From Octopus vulgaris (taxonomy: Eukaryota), in the NCBI GenBank assembly GCA_951406725.2, contig OX597824.1, positions 11,160,001 through 11,224,000 of the forward strand: a DNA stretch of 64,000 bases, given 5' to 3'. A program made the position numbers and the translations under genes. The notes below the pieces were generated by a model, which saw only the letters and a program-made list of their open reading frames with translations, was not told where the DNA came from and did not search any database. Of this stretch, positions 24,882-38,060 are shown in pieces; within the stretch, counting starts at the first letter, position 1; every line of letters starts with the position of its first letter.

Positions 24882-24883
24882 TA

Positions 24884-25052
24884 GGTGCAGGAGTGGCTGT
24901 GTGGTAAGTAGCTTGTTTACCAACCACATGGTTCCGGGTTCAGTCCCACTGCATGGCACCTTGGGCAAGTGTCTTCTACTATAGCCTCGGGCCGACCAAA
25001 GCCTTGTGAGTGGATTTGGTAGACGGAAACTGAAAGAAGCCCGTCGTATATA

Positions 25053-25086
<34 letters not shown>

Positions 25087-25292
25087 TGTGTGTGTTTGTG
25101 AGTCTGTGTTTGTCCCCCTAGCATTGCTTGACGACCGATGCTGGTGTGTTAACGTCCCCCGTCACTTAGCGGTTTGGCAAAAGTGACCGATAGAATAAGT
25201 ACTGGGCTTACAAAGAATAAGTCCCGGGGTCGAGTTGCTCGACTAAAGGCGGTGCTCCAGCATGGCCACAGTCAAATGACTGAGTAAAAGAG
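24884..25292 (+). mobile_element. SINE family A, full length
   Basis: A-box GTGGCTGTGTGG, B-box GGTTCAGTCCC, body, internal (TA)/(TG)n and tail. Confidence 0.93.
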
Positions 25293-26112
25293 TATATACA
25301 ATCTCACTGGTTGGTTCATCTAGATTATATGTGTGTGAGTGAGCAAGCTAGTTTGTGTGTGTGTTGATAACAGGAGAAAGACATTGGTGACTCTACCTTT
25401 TCAGCTTTAAGTAGCCATAAATAAAAGATGTATTTTACAATCCTCTTTACAGTCCATTTAAGAATTTGTTGATAATATTATAGTATAAACACTCCTTAAA
25501 TCATACGTCATTAAATCAAGAAAACAAAACTCTAGAGATATGACACTTATGTGAGAGTGATGTTTATAGATGCAAAGTAACTGTTTGGCTAAAGTATTGG
25601 AGCATCAGGTCAAAGGTCTTGAGTTCAAATCAACTGAAGGCAGGGGTATTGCATATATGGAAAGTTCAGCCATACATGACTGTTTTTACCTAGCATCCAT
25701 TTAATGCTAAAATTAAAGCTAATTAGTGGTGATTGGTGGCACTCTGTCGGTTATGACGACGAGTGTTCCAGTTGATCTGACAAACGGAACAGCCTGCTCG
25801 TGAAATTATTCCAGCCATAACCATCCTTCTTATTAGAAGTATATAGGGCTACATTATATTGTTTATGTTTTTTCTTTATTTAAGGTGGGGGCGTGATTTG
25901 AGGGCAATGATTTGGTTGCTATTTCTAGCAGGTTTGTGACCACAGAGTTCCCCTCATTGGTTTGATTCTAAGGCACACGAAATCACAGACCTTGTATTCT
26001 GAAGGCTTTCTTTCACATGATGATGATGATGATAACATATTTGGAATAGAAGAGGCAACTTTAGGTGGAGGAATTAGTTAATTATATCAACCCAATATTT
26101 AACAGATATCCG

Positions 26113-26483
26113 TGGAGGCACAATGGCCCAGTGGTTAGGGCAGCGGACTCGCGGTCGTAGGATCGCGGTTTCGATTCCCAGACCGGGCATTGTGAGTGTT
26201 TATTGAGCGAAAAAACCTAAAGCTTCACAAGGCTCCTGCAGGGGGTGGTGGTGAGCCCTGCTGTACTCTTTCACCACAACTTTCTCTCACTCTTTCTTCC
26301 TGTTTCTGTTGTACCTGTATTTCAAAGGGCCAGCCATGTCACACGCTGAATCTCCTCGAGAACTACATTAAGGGTATATGTGTCTGTGGAATGCTCAGCC
26401 ACTTGCACATTAATTCCATGAGCAAGTTGTTCCGTTGATCGTATCAGCTGGGACCCTCATCATCGTAACCGATGGAGTGCTCC
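26113..26483 (+). mobile_element. tRNA-derived SINE family D nested in an older B-related SINE
   Basis: Head TGGCCCAGTGGTTAGGGCAGCGGACTCGCGGTCGTAGGATCGCGGTTTCGATTCCC. Flanks 26060-26100 and 26490-26630 continue a minus-strand B-like element. Confidence 0.8.
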
Positions 26484-27079
26484 TACTAACTGGTATCCAA
26501 TTTATCAACTCTGAAAGGGTGAAATCTAAAGTTGACCTTGATGATAGTTTGAACTTGGGATGTAAAGAGATGAAAGAAATACTGCTCAGAATTTTTATCC
26601 ACCATGGTAATGATTCTGCCAGCTCACCACTTGGAGAGATAATGGTAATACTGACTACTCAAGTAAACTAAATGTGTTAATATGTAGTGAATTTGATAGG
26701 ATATGAAACTATGTAAGAGAAATCAGAAACTGAAAGTGCTATCTTGTCAGCTTTTGAGTCTTTAGAATTACGAGTTAATTGCAAGATATAAGAGGTCCTC
26801 AAAGAATTGGGTTAAAGAGTACTTGACTGATAAAAGAATCGTGATAAAATGACAAATAACATTTAGTTTTGTTGCTATCAAATTGGCTATCAAATAATAT
26901 TGTGTTGGAGAAATATGATTTAGAATCCATTACCAGAAAGCTGCGAATAAATATTTATAAGGCACTGGAAAATAATGGTTTTAAATATTTTGTATTTAGT
27001 TTTGTTTCACTAAGATTTGAGTTCAAATACTATGAAGGGTGACTTTATCTTTCTTTCTACTTGATGTTATAAGTGGTTA

Positions 27080-27489
27080 AAGTAAGGTTGTGAGTTCGAT
27101 TTCAGTTACTGGCAGCATGGTGTGTCCTTGAACAAGGCACTTCTCCATTACTCCAGTCCTCTCAGGTGACAAAAGTGAGTAGTACCTGTATACTGAAGGG
27201 GCAGCCTTGTCACATTCTGAGTCACACTGAATCTCCCTGAGAGCTACATTAAGGGCATACATGTCTATGGAGTACTCAGAAGGCCTCGAAACCGGTTTTA
27301 TAAAACTGGTTTTATATTATGATCAGTAAAACCGAAACCGATTTGCCAAAACCGATTTTAAGGCTTGCTGTTTCATATCTTTTCAATAAAAGATGTTTTA
27401 TGTAACACATTCTACCAGTATACAATGTTTAAAAGGGTTTAGTTACAAATAACTATTTTTTAAATGTTCCGGTCAAAGTGAAAAGATCC
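27080..27489 (+). mobile_element. Degenerate family D SINE followed by the right end of a Merlin-like element
   Basis: GAGTTCGATTTC head and GGGCAGCCTTGTCACA body. 27380-27489 matches the right end of 2863-3276 (...GAAAAGATCC). Confidence 0.6.
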
Positions 27490-27857
27490 GCTGTTTCTTT
27501 TTTCTTCGCAAAACATTTCTCCATTTTTTCTTTTCAAGAAATATCGTTGAAACTGAACTAACTGAACTGTTGTCAGTCGCCTTTAGTTGAGAGTGCTGTC
27601 TGTTTCATTGAAACATATCGCAACATATCAATTCTCACCTTCTTTCCCCTTGAACCTTAGATCAGCACCTTGTCATCTCCTTTGCTAACCCTTGGTTGAC
27701 TCATTGAATTTGCAGGTAACTGAGTTTATTCATAGCAAGTCAAGGAGATGCTGTTAGTCTTCAGTTGGGTGATCTTTCCCGTTAAGCATATGTAATAGCC
27801 AGTTCCAGATTCATTTCAAGGTTGTAACACTAAATTTTTTGATAAAAAAAGTGAAGA

Positions 27858-27925
27858 GATCGCTATAACAGACTATAGTGATCGCCATAACAGACGATAG
27901 TGATCGCCATAACAGACGATAGTGA
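27858..27925. repeat. 22-bp minisatellite x3
   Basis: GATCGC(C/T)ATAACAGAC(G/T)ATAGT repeated. Confidence 0.85.
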
Positions 27926-28759
27926 TGATGAAGCTGACATAAGCCAACAAGACATACTTTGTCAAACAGATTTGGCTCACGAAAATTCGGGTATTATTTA
28001 ATGAAATAGGAGGGAACCTAAAAACAAGTGTTACAGTTATCCCATCTACTTATGAAGGTAATGGACACATTTGTGAATACACAAGCGCAATGAAGAAAAT
28101 TAATGAAGAGCCCAAAATGGTAACAGATGGATTTGAAATTTCTAAAGAATTCGGGTACTATTTAAGAAGAGTGATCCCGGTGCGCACACTCACGTATCCG
28201 CGCTAGCCAGTGATGAGGACAATAGAAATGATGGCCAATTCAAATTGCTGTAGGGAAAACACAAATGAAAGGGATTTCAATTGTGGACATGAATATAACA
28301 CAAAAGTGATAAAGAAGACAGCTGGGGTGAAGCACAGCTTTTGAGAAAAGGCAAAGAGATAGGTAGAAAGGTGGACAATGTGTGAGAGAGAGGGGAGAGA
28401 GATAGTTGAGTTGATTAAAAAAAAAAAAAGGAAGCACAGCGCTTATGACGCTTTTCTGGGCCTTTGAGACAGTGGGTAGAAGGGAAGAATCTGTCTTTAG
28501 GCCAGAGATGCAATACTGACTTCATGTCTTGTGAGCCATTAGACAAGATTCTCATATCATGCTGACAGGACTATAATCAGCATGATACTGAGATTTTCAA
28601 GTAGGGGCTGCATGTTAGTCTTTGTTGAATGCAGCAGAAACTGTATGAGTGAGCACAGGATGATCTGAGACCTTGACCATATTAATGAAAGGGATCTCTT
28701 TTGATTCAAGCAGATCACAAATTCTCAAATACTGTTCAACAAGTTTACTGAAATGTAAA

Positions 28760-29156
28760 TCTTTATATATAAAGCTGAAGTTGTCTGTGTATGGCAGGTT
28801 TGGTAGCTTTCAACTAACACTATCTCCTCTGAGACCCTGCGGCGCAAGTTGACCAAAATTGAGAAAATGATAAAAGAAGGCTTGCTCTTCCTTCCATAGA
28901 AGAAAAAATTCAAATTGGACCATGTTAACACCAAATATTATTTACATCAAAAAGGTGCTTTTTTCCTATGAAAATCCCTATTTTTTACGATTTTGTTGAC
29001 TGCTGTGTTGCCATTTTTCGGTGTATTTCAACCAGAAAAATGTTCACTTAAAGAGAATAACAAGCTACATAATGCAAAATTTTTACTTTTCAAAACTTTC
29101 AATTCTAAAGTGTCGAAAAGAAAACAAACCCGAGCAACGCCAGGCTATACTGCTAG
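28760..29156 (+). mobile_element. Non-autonomous Helitron
   Basis: A|TC...CTAG|T ends and a subterminal GC-rich hairpin-like CCCGAGCAACGCCAGG. Same termini as 45917-46300. Confidence 0.8.
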
Positions 29157-29702
29157 TGTTCCTATAAAACTAACGACACCTTAATGTATCCTAGGCAAGG
29201 TAAGCACTAAATATTATCTAGGACAACAGAAAGAAAAACCAAACAAAAACAATCAGAAAACCTGTTTTGTTGGTGGAATGATTAAACAATGTAAAAATTG
29301 AAGGCTACATTTGTATAGTGATTTAATAAGAAATTCTTCCACATGAAAATGAATAAATGTATGAATACAACCTAATACTATTTATAAAACAATGCAAACA
29401 GAAAACAACACTGTGTCAGGAATATTTTATCACAAGCAATTATTTACATAAGAGTCAACTGTTTGGTTAATTATAACGACTTGCGTATTTACAAATGGTG
29501 GATTATCTTCCAGAGGGGGATTGGAAAGATGGAAGTCGTGTTACTCAATTTAAGTGATCGTGTCTGTAACATTAACAAAACTATATTATGAAGGTTAACC
29601 TTCTTCAATGCCAGGTCAGCTCGGAATCTAAAGGCGCAAAAGAATATCGATGATGAAATGCCTGTCAGAGACAGCTGAGAAGATCACAAGGGGCGAAAAA
29701 AA

Positions 29703-29918
29703 GGCGGTGAGCTGGCAGAAATGTTAGCACGCCGGACGAACTACTTAGTGGTATTTCCTTTGCCGTTAACGTTCTGAGTTCAAATTCCGCCAAGGTCGAC
29801 TTTGCTTTTCATTCTTTCGGCGGTCGATAAATTAAGTACCAGTTATGCACTGGGGTCCCTTTGTCTGTCCTTGTTTATCCCCTCTGTGTTTAGCCTCTTG
29901 TGGGCAATAAAGAAATAA
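29703..29918 (+). mobile_element. SINE family B
   Basis: Family B head and tail with a small internal deletion. Confidence 0.87.
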
Positions 29919-30219
29919 CAATTGTCGAAAAGAAATGATAGATGGAACTGAAAATGACTACAGCAAGCCACTAAACATTGGAGGAAGGAAACCCAGTTTG
30001 AAACTACTGGGTTGTGGCCCTAATATCACTCGGTGTCAGACCAATCCGCCTTGGGTGGCCCTACCAGGAACCGAAGTTCCCGACGGCATAGCTTTGACAC
30101 CATACAATAACGCCAGCATCCCCACCATACAATAACACCGCTTTTACATTAGTGTTAAAAATTCTTATTTGGTTCTTTTAAGCAATATGGAGCTATGACA
30201 AAGAACAAATCAAGTTTCG

Positions 30220-30490
30220 ATTAGGGAGCAAATATTTAAGAAAAAGTGGAAGTGGATTGGTAGCACAATTAGGACAGACACACCAAATGTAGTGAAAAGT
30301 GCTTTACAGTGGAATCCGGATGGATATAGAAAGAAAGGTAGGCCCAAGAACTCGTGGTGGAGATCAACACAAAAGGAACTAAAGAAAGGGGGACATTCAT
30401 GGCAGAGTATAAGTACAGAAGCGAAAAATTATGCGACGTGGAATTCAACAAGTGGCCTATACTCCGTGTTGGAGGAAATGAAAGAAATCA
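30220..30490 (+). pseudogene. RTE LINE 3' remnant
   Basis: KKWKWIG...ALQWNPDGYRKKGRPKNSWWRS. Confidence 0.8.
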
Positions 30491-31324
30491 CTAATCACAA
30501 TGACATTTGTTTATAACTGTTATGTGACATCAAGGCAAGGAGACATCAACTCATATACACACACACAATACACATACACACAATACACATACACATGACA
30601 GGCTTCTTTTCAGTTCCATTTACCAAATCAATTCAAAAGGTTTTTGTCAGCAAGACAACACTTGCCCATGGTGCCACATAGTGGAACTGAACCTGAAACC
30701 ATGTGGTTGGGGAAGCAAGTACCTTAACCACACAGCCACACCTGTAATAGTAAATCCTAAATATCCATTGTATTTTCCCTCTCCATTTCTTTTTGACAAT
30801 AGAGTTAAATTTGAGGAAGATTTTTTAATGTTTTTGCAAATATGTTTAGGGGTACCATAGGACCTTTCTCCATAATGATGATGGGGGTGATAAAAGTATG
30901 TCATATAAAAACTTAGTGTCACATACAGACGCAACAATGATTTCATTAGTGAAATATGATACAAAAAGAGATTGGACATGGTTGGAATTATCTCCTGTAA
31001 ACAACAGACTTATTCCACAACACAGGTTTGAATAACCTTGCTATTTAACAGTCCGTTCTTTGGTCGCTTATCGGACATTTCATTGAATTAATTTGTTGAA
31101 CATTCACAACACATGCAGAGAAAGAATATTTAATTTTATAGGGCAGTTAATTGATAGGGGGGATAATACTGTCCGATGTGACAGTATTTCTTTTGTGAAT
31201 GTTTTCTACACACACACATACACACACACACACACATACATACATACAGTACTAGAAGGCCTACTTATGTCATAAGCATAGTTCCACTTCCTTGTGACAG
31301 TGACAAAGCTATATTATATATATT

Positions 31325-31800
31325 TCTTGGGACACAAAACTCTACTTGTGAAGACCTGTTGAGGCAAGTGAGAATCAGAATCGAAATCGATCAACATCAA
31401 TGGAAATTGCAGCTGTGATACCAGTGCCGGTGGCACGTAAGAGAACCATCTGAACGTGGCTGTTGCCAGCGTCTCCCTGGCTGGCCTCGTGCCGGTGGCA
31501 CGTAAAAAGCACCATCAGTTCGTGGCCGTTGCCAGCCTCGCCTGGCCCCCGTGCCGGTGGCACGTAAAAAGCACGATCAAATCGTGGCCGTTTGCCAGCC
31601 TTGTCTGGCACCTGTGCCGGTGGCACGTAAAAAGCACCCACTACACTCACGGAGTGGTTGGCGTTAGGAAGGGCATCCAGCCGTAGAAACATTGCCAGAT
31701 CAGACTGGGCCTGATGCAGCCTCTTGGCTTCCCAGACCCCAGTTGAACCGTCCAACCCATGCTAGCATGGAAAGTGGACGCTAAATGATGATGATGATGA
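31325..31800 (+). mobile_element. Family C repeat with four internal ~62-bp units
   Basis: GTGCCGGTGGCACGTAA at 31424, 31489, 31551 and 31614, followed by the core and (GAT)n tail. Confidence 0.9.
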
Positions 31801-32133
31801 TATATATATATATATATATATTATATACACACACTTCTTCCTTCTCTCATACAAATGCGTATGTGTGCGTTGAAAAACTACTATTTCAAACAAGGAAAGT
31901 CCAATGTTTAACCTATTCTTAATATTCCATATATATCCAGATTCCAATCAAATATTGGTTTTAATTACTACTTTCTTCTAAAGATCTGGTATTTCAAGAA
32001 GGTTATGCAATTATTCACCTAACAGTTAACACACAACACACTAACATTCACTTGTGAAACACATGTAAAGATTATGAAATTTATGGTGTTACAATAAAAA
32101 AAATGAATCTATTTTATTCTGCTCTTAGATAAA

Positions 32134-32170
<37 letters not shown>

Positions 32171-32644
32171 TTCCCTCCCCTCTGTTAAGAGGTACAGACA
32201 TATACACATGTATACACATGGCTGGAACTTCTGCCTACCAAATTCTATCACAAGGCTTTGCTTGGCCTGAGGCTATAGTAGAAGACACTTGCCCAAGGTG
32301 CCACGCAGTAGGACTGAACCCGGAACCATGTGGTTGGTAAGCAAGCTACTTACCACACAGCCATTCCTGCACCTATATATCATATTTAACATATAAACAC
32401 GGTTGAGAGGCAAAAAATTGATAAATGTGCCATGTTAAAAACACAATACATGTTAAAGAGAGGCGAAAATTCTTCCCAGCAGTGGCTTGCAAGAATACCA
32501 GATGCGTTTCTGTCATCTTGGGCCTTGGCAATGATGTGTACTTGCAGCCACATACTTAGACAAAATTTGTTGCTTTTGATACAGTAAACAGTGAATAATA
32601 TGTTCATTGATATTGCAAATAGCTACTGGGCTGAACAACAATCC

Positions 32645-33230
32645 CTTTGACAGGGCCCTCCAATCCCTTATCTGGTTGTCAATGTGGAAACTAGGGATAG
32701 ACGAGTGGTTGATGAGAGCTGTACAAGCCATGTACAGGGATGCTGTCAGTAAGGTGAGAGTGCAACGAGTACAGCGAAGAATTCAGGGCACAAGCAGGGG
32801 TCCACCAAGGATCAGTCTGCACACCCCTCTTGTTCATCATAGTCCCCAAGGCAATAATAGAAGAATTTAAGACAGTTTGCCCCTGGGAGCTCCTCTAAGC
32901 TGAGGACCTTGTTCTTATAGCTGAATTACTATCAGAGCTAGAAAGAAGTTTTAGGTATGGAAGCAAGGTCTAAAATTGAAGGGCTTTAGAGTTAACCTAG
33001 CAAAAATCAAAGTCTTGGTAAGTAGGAAGGCAAACAAATCCCAAGTCCCTTCAGGTAGATGGTCCTGCTTGAACTGTAGAAAAGGCATAGGTAGAAACTT
33101 CAAAAGATGTACCTGGTGTAAGCTATGGACACATAAGAGGTGTAGCAATATCAGGAAGGTTTACAGGGAAAATAGTTTTGGTGTGTGGAAGATCCACAGG
33201 TACAATTAACACTTAAACTGTACCGAAAAT
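32645..33230 (+). pseudogene. RTE LINE reverse-transcriptase fragment with a Cys/His (PHD-like) insert
   Basis: FDRA...IW..MWKLGIDEWLMRAVQAMY, GVHQGS, ELL*AEDL (degenerate YADD), GFRVNLAKIK, then CLNC...CTWC...HKRC. Contains frameshifts and stops. Confidence 0.85.
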
Positions 33231-33296
33231 AAACTGTGTATGTGTTTGTCGCCCTCCACTGCTTGATAACCAGAATTGGCTTGTTTACAGCCTCGC

Positions 33297-33745
33297 AATT
33301 TAAAAGTTCAGCATTTGCCATATTCTGAATGCCTTACTTCCCTGGGCATGGACACATTGAAACTCCGACGTCTGGCAGCTGACTTGGCAGACACCCATAA
33401 AATTATCAACCATCTTACAAACAATAACTCTGAGCACCTTTTCAAACTCCACCCGTCTAACACTCGTGGACATATTTACAAAGTCAGACAACAGCACAGC
33501 TCCCATGACTTTAGGAAACATTTTTTCACGCTGAGAGTTGCTGAAGAATGGAACAGACTGCCGGCATCAGTCGTTAGTTGTCGGAGCACTGCATCCTTCA
33601 AAACTTCCATGCTTTCTGAGATTCGCCAACACTACACCTGATTTTCTTCCCTCCATTGTTCGCTTTCCAGACTTTATACGCACTTTCTGACAAGTTGTAG
33701 TGCACCTGAGCACTGTATACAATAATTTCATTATTATTATTATTT
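33297..33745 (+). pseudogene. CR1-like LINE 3' end
   Basis: LKLRRLAADL...NTRGH..K...RKHFFTLRVAEEWNRLP...FK, followed by 3' UTR and (ATT)n. Confidence 0.9.
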
Positions 33746-34709
33746 TATAAAAAAAACGAGACAGAATGAATAAATTATCACTCTTAAAAATCATTTTTAA
33801 TCGCACTAAAATAACCACTACGACAAAAAAGCTGGCTGCAGCACAATGTGACCGGAAATCCTTTTATGGCTGCCAGAAGTTTGACGAAGTAGAACTGTTC
33901 ATAAGTTGAAACTTTTTTTTTCGCTAATATATCAGTAGCCTAACACCAATCATAAATACAAAAACGCCGGTACTTAGTGAACTAAGTTACCCGAGATAAT
34001 ACGCTACCTTAACTAACACTCCTTTGACATATTTGTGTGTTCAAAATTAAGTGGGCCAATGATTGACTCAACTGTAACCACAAATGCTTTTGCTCACAAA
34101 TTAGGTATAAAATAAATGGAAAACAATCTTTCTTTATAAGCAAACGATGTCAAATTCCCCCACTTTTCAGCCTGGCCTCTTTACCTATGTCACGAGAGAT
34201 CAGTGTGTGGGTGAATGTCACCTACTAATACCGAAAGATTGCCGAAATAAAGATGAGTCTAAAAAAACTCCTAGACACTCCTGTTTCTTTTTAATTCGAA
34301 GATTTTAATATGATAAACATAAATCTGTCCTTGTGCTTATTCTACGTTAGAAATGATGATAATAGACATAAATAGAAGCTATCAGACCGAGTTGCCAGCA
34401 CCCCGTGGATTGTAAAAATATTAAGTTATTCACAACAATGGCTATTGCGAAATAATTTAGAAAATAATAACTCAGAGGCGCCATTCATGTAAAACAATGA
34501 GTCAAGAAGAGTGCCACTATGTGGTCACACGACTCGCTAAAAATAGCAAATAAATTCTCTCAGATTTCTATCCTGTCATCTTAAAATAATACGAGACAAT
34601 GTAATTCTAAAAAGATGTAATGACTATGCCATTATAATACCTCTCATCACAGGCCTGCTCAATCGTAGTCAACCTGGGGTTAAATAAGACAATTCGCGCT
34701 AACATATTC

Positions 34710-35680
34710 GTTTCTACTCTAGGCACAAAGCCCGACATTTTTGTGGGGAAGGGGTCAGCCGATTACATCAACACCAGTACGCAACTAATACTTAATTTAT
34801 CGACCCCGAAAGTATGAAAGGCAAAGTTGACCTCAAGAGAATTTGAAGTCAGAAAGTAAAGACAGACGAAATACCTATTTCTTTACTACCCACAAGGGGC
34901 CAAACACAGAGAGGACAAACAAGGATAGACAAAGGGATTAAGTCGATTATATCATGCAGTGGGACTGAACCTGGAACCATAGGGTTGGGAAGCAAGTTTC
35001 TTACCACAAAGCCATGCTTGCGCCTATATATTTATATCTCATTGTGTTAAATTTTCATACAGACATTGTTTATCTGTTTCAGTCATTAAACTATGGCCAT
35101 GCTACAGCACCACCTTCAAGAACTTTTAGTTGAATGAATTGAACCCAGTCCTTATTTTTCTTTAAGCCTGGTACTTATCATGTCGGTCTCTTTTTACTGG
35201 AACTGCAATGTTATGGGAATGTAAACAAACCAACACCGGTTGTCAAGCATTGGTGGGGACAGACACATATACAAAGACAAGCACACACAATGGGCTTCTT
35301 TCAGTTTTTATTTCTTTATTGCCCACAAGGGGCTAAACACAGAGGGAACAAACAAGGACAGGCAAAGAGATTAAGTTGATTTCATCGATCCCAGTGCGTA
35401 ATTGGTACTTAATTTATCGACCCCGAAAGGATGAAAGGCAAAGTTGACCTTGGCGGAATTTGAACTCAGAATGTAACGGCAGATGAAATACCGCTAAGCA
35501 CTTCGCCTGGCGTGCTAACGTTTCTGCCAGCTTGCCACCTTCTTTCAGTTTCTGTCTACCAAATCCACTCACAAAGCTTTAGTTTGTGTGAGGCTATAGT
35601 GGAAGACACTATTTCCAAGGTGCTAGACTGTGGGACAGAACCTGGAACCATATGGTTGTGGGGTAAGCTTCTTACCTATT
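34710..35680 (-). mobile_element. SINE cluster: B fragments, A fragments, and SINE B (35308-35538) nested in SINE A
   Basis: CTTCTTTCAGTTT duplicated at 35295-35307 and 35539-35551 around the B copy. Confidence 0.85.
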
Positions 35681-36693
35681 CACAAATGTTAGCAAAATTT
35701 AATAAATTGTTAAAAAAAAGGTAACAAACAAGTACAAAACAATCTAAAAGCTACTGATTTCTCAAGGCCCACTAATACATAAGAAAGGGCCTGAGGTCAA
35801 CAGAATATACCCTTCTCCCAGTGGTCCTGAAGCCCACTTGTTACTGATTTTTATTTTGAAGAAAACATCCAGGTGTGATATTGTTGAAGTTGAAACCATC
35901 AAATCAATTAATGACATCCCTAACTATCATGAGCAAAGCATGGTTATTAAACAACTAAAGTGTATTGAATGTTTACAAAAGAGAGCAATTAACACTGAAT
36001 TCATGAGATGCAATTATTTTTCTGCAAAATTATGGCCTTCTTCATCAAATTTAAATATTTACTCTTGAAAGCACATTCAACAGTAAATACACAAAATACA
36101 ACTATTTTTCTGCAAAATTATGGCCTTCTTCATCACGTTTGAATATTTACTCTTGAAAACACGTTCATTTTTCTCACCTGCAAAGCACTCATGTTTAGCC
36201 AGGTAAACACTTTCACAGGGCTCAGAAACAAAAAAGTGCCGACATATTTAATGAAAGAAGCTTCAAGCTCATTAGAAATAATTATATAGCAAAGAAAAGG
36301 TGAATTCTGCTCATAAACATAATTATAGGATAAGGTAGTGACAGAGTCTTTCTACCTGGTTGCTCAACCTGTTAGAAATAGCTATGTCTCTCTCAAATTA
36401 CACTACCGTCTTAAAGAAGAAAAAAAGGGGGTGGTGTATAAGTAGATATCCCTAAAAAGTGATGGTTACAGTTGGAATGCTGGAATGTCTTTAATCATAG
36501 CTGTGCTTGACCAGAGGTGACTTAAGGATAAACAACAACAGCTAATCAAACAAGGCTTTTTTGATGTAGCTGTTTAGCCTCTGGCCATCTCTAATGAAGC
36601 ATACTTTATGTTCTAAGACATTCCAGCAGTGACAATCTACTCTTATTTTCAGATGTTGAAAATATTTATTTAGGACTGCCTATTTATTTTAAG

Positions 36694-36945
36694 TGGAGGC
36701 GAGTGGCTTAGTGGTTAGGGTGTCAGCATCATTATCGTAAGACTGTGGTTTCGATTCCTGGACCGGGTGATGTGTTGTGTTCTTGAGCAAAACACTTCAT
36801 TTCACGTTGCTCCAGTCCACTCAGCTGGCAAAAATGAGTAACGCTGCGATGGACTGGCATCCCGTCCAGCTGGGGAACACATACGCCATAGAAACTGGGA
36901 AACCGGGCCCATGAGCCTGGCTAGGCTTTAAAAGGGTGCATTTAT
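36694..36945 (+). mobile_element. tRNA-derived SINE with V-domain-like core
   Basis: GTGGCTTAGTGGTTAG / GGTTTCGATTCCTGG boxes and CTGCGATGGACTGGCATCCCGTCCAG core. Confidence 0.8.
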
Positions 36946-37069
36946 TATTTATTTTAAAGATGGTATGGTGTATTTGAGGGAGATCTGGCTGCAGTTTCCA
37001 GTAAGGCAAATAACCACATAGATGTTCTTTTGTAGGCTTTATCTTTTTTATTTCTTAGGTCTCTCACAA

Positions 37070-37582
37070 GCCACAGTACTGGAGCTTAATCCAGTTTCCA
37101 TGGCATTTAAGTGACTGAGATCACAAACTGACCCCCTGGATGGGATGCCAGTCCATTGCAGGGTTAATTTCCCAGATATTACTGGAACTCATTTACAGTT
37201 GAGTTGACGGGAGCAACATAAAATGAAGTGTTTTGTTCAATAAACAATGCATTGCTTGGTCCAGGAATTGAAACCATGGCTTTACTACTTCATGCACCTT
37301 CAGCTTTATTATTTCTAGCTGTTGTGATATTGTTTTATTGTGAAGAATGTCTATCATTACCAGCATCACCTTACTGGCACCTTTGCCGGTGGTATGTGTA
37401 AAAAGATTCGAGCGAGGTCGTGTGGTTGGCGTTAGGAAGGGCACCCAGCTGTAGAAACTGCCAGATCAAGATTGAAGCCTGGTGCAACCATCTAGTTCGC
37501 CAGCCCTCAGTCAAATCGTCCAACCCATTCTAGCATGGAAAGCGGACGTTAAACGATGATGATGATGATGATGATGATGATG
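37070..37582. mobile_element. Minus-strand V-like SINE remnant (about 37070-37290) plus family C copy (plus, about 37345-37582)
   Basis: Reverse complement of the 36694 core, then family C core and (GAT)n. Confidence 0.75.
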
Positions 37583-37974
37583 ATCTATGCTTTGGCACCT
37601 ATTTTGAAAGCTAGCAGGTTGTCTGTTGAATGAGACTTGGGTGCTGTAGCACAAGATCAGCCTGTAATGTAGAAGTTTCTTCCTGAGTACTTGCAGACTC
37701 ATAATATGTACAGCTGTAGCTTTTACACAAGTGGTAATTCAAAACTATGGACTGTGAGTTAACTCACTAATAACAAGGTTTAATTGCAATATTTACATAT
37801 AGTAAACCATTATATGTTTTTTTTTTTTTCTTATGTGGAATAATATACATGTAAGTGTATGTATGTGCAATGATATTATATGTAAGAACCATTACTTGCA
37901 AGTAATCCTGTGAAAAGGTTAACATCGATGCAAAGAGAAAAAATGTTAACATAACAATAACAAAGTTCACAAAT

Positions 37975-38029
37975 GGAAGGAGGAGGAGGAGAAAAATAAG
38001 AACAAAAATAAGAAAAGGAAGAATAAGAA

Positions 38030-38060
<31 letters not shown>

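Noticed and set aside
26113-26190. tRNA gene
   Set aside because: A and B boxes are present but there is no proper acceptor stem, and it continues into a SINE body. The same holds for the heads at 16846, 24884 and 36694.
31424-31638. CRISPR-like array of palindromic repeats with spacers
   Set aside because: The spacers are homologous to each other, the array lies inside a dispersed retro-repeat, the DNA is eukaryotic and there are no cas genes.
36077-36220. Minus-strand open stretch PCESVYLAKHECFAG... with a good GTGAGA donor
   Set aside because: The acceptor would be a weak GAG, the donor phase is incompatible with the phase-0 terminal exons, and it overlaps a local duplication.
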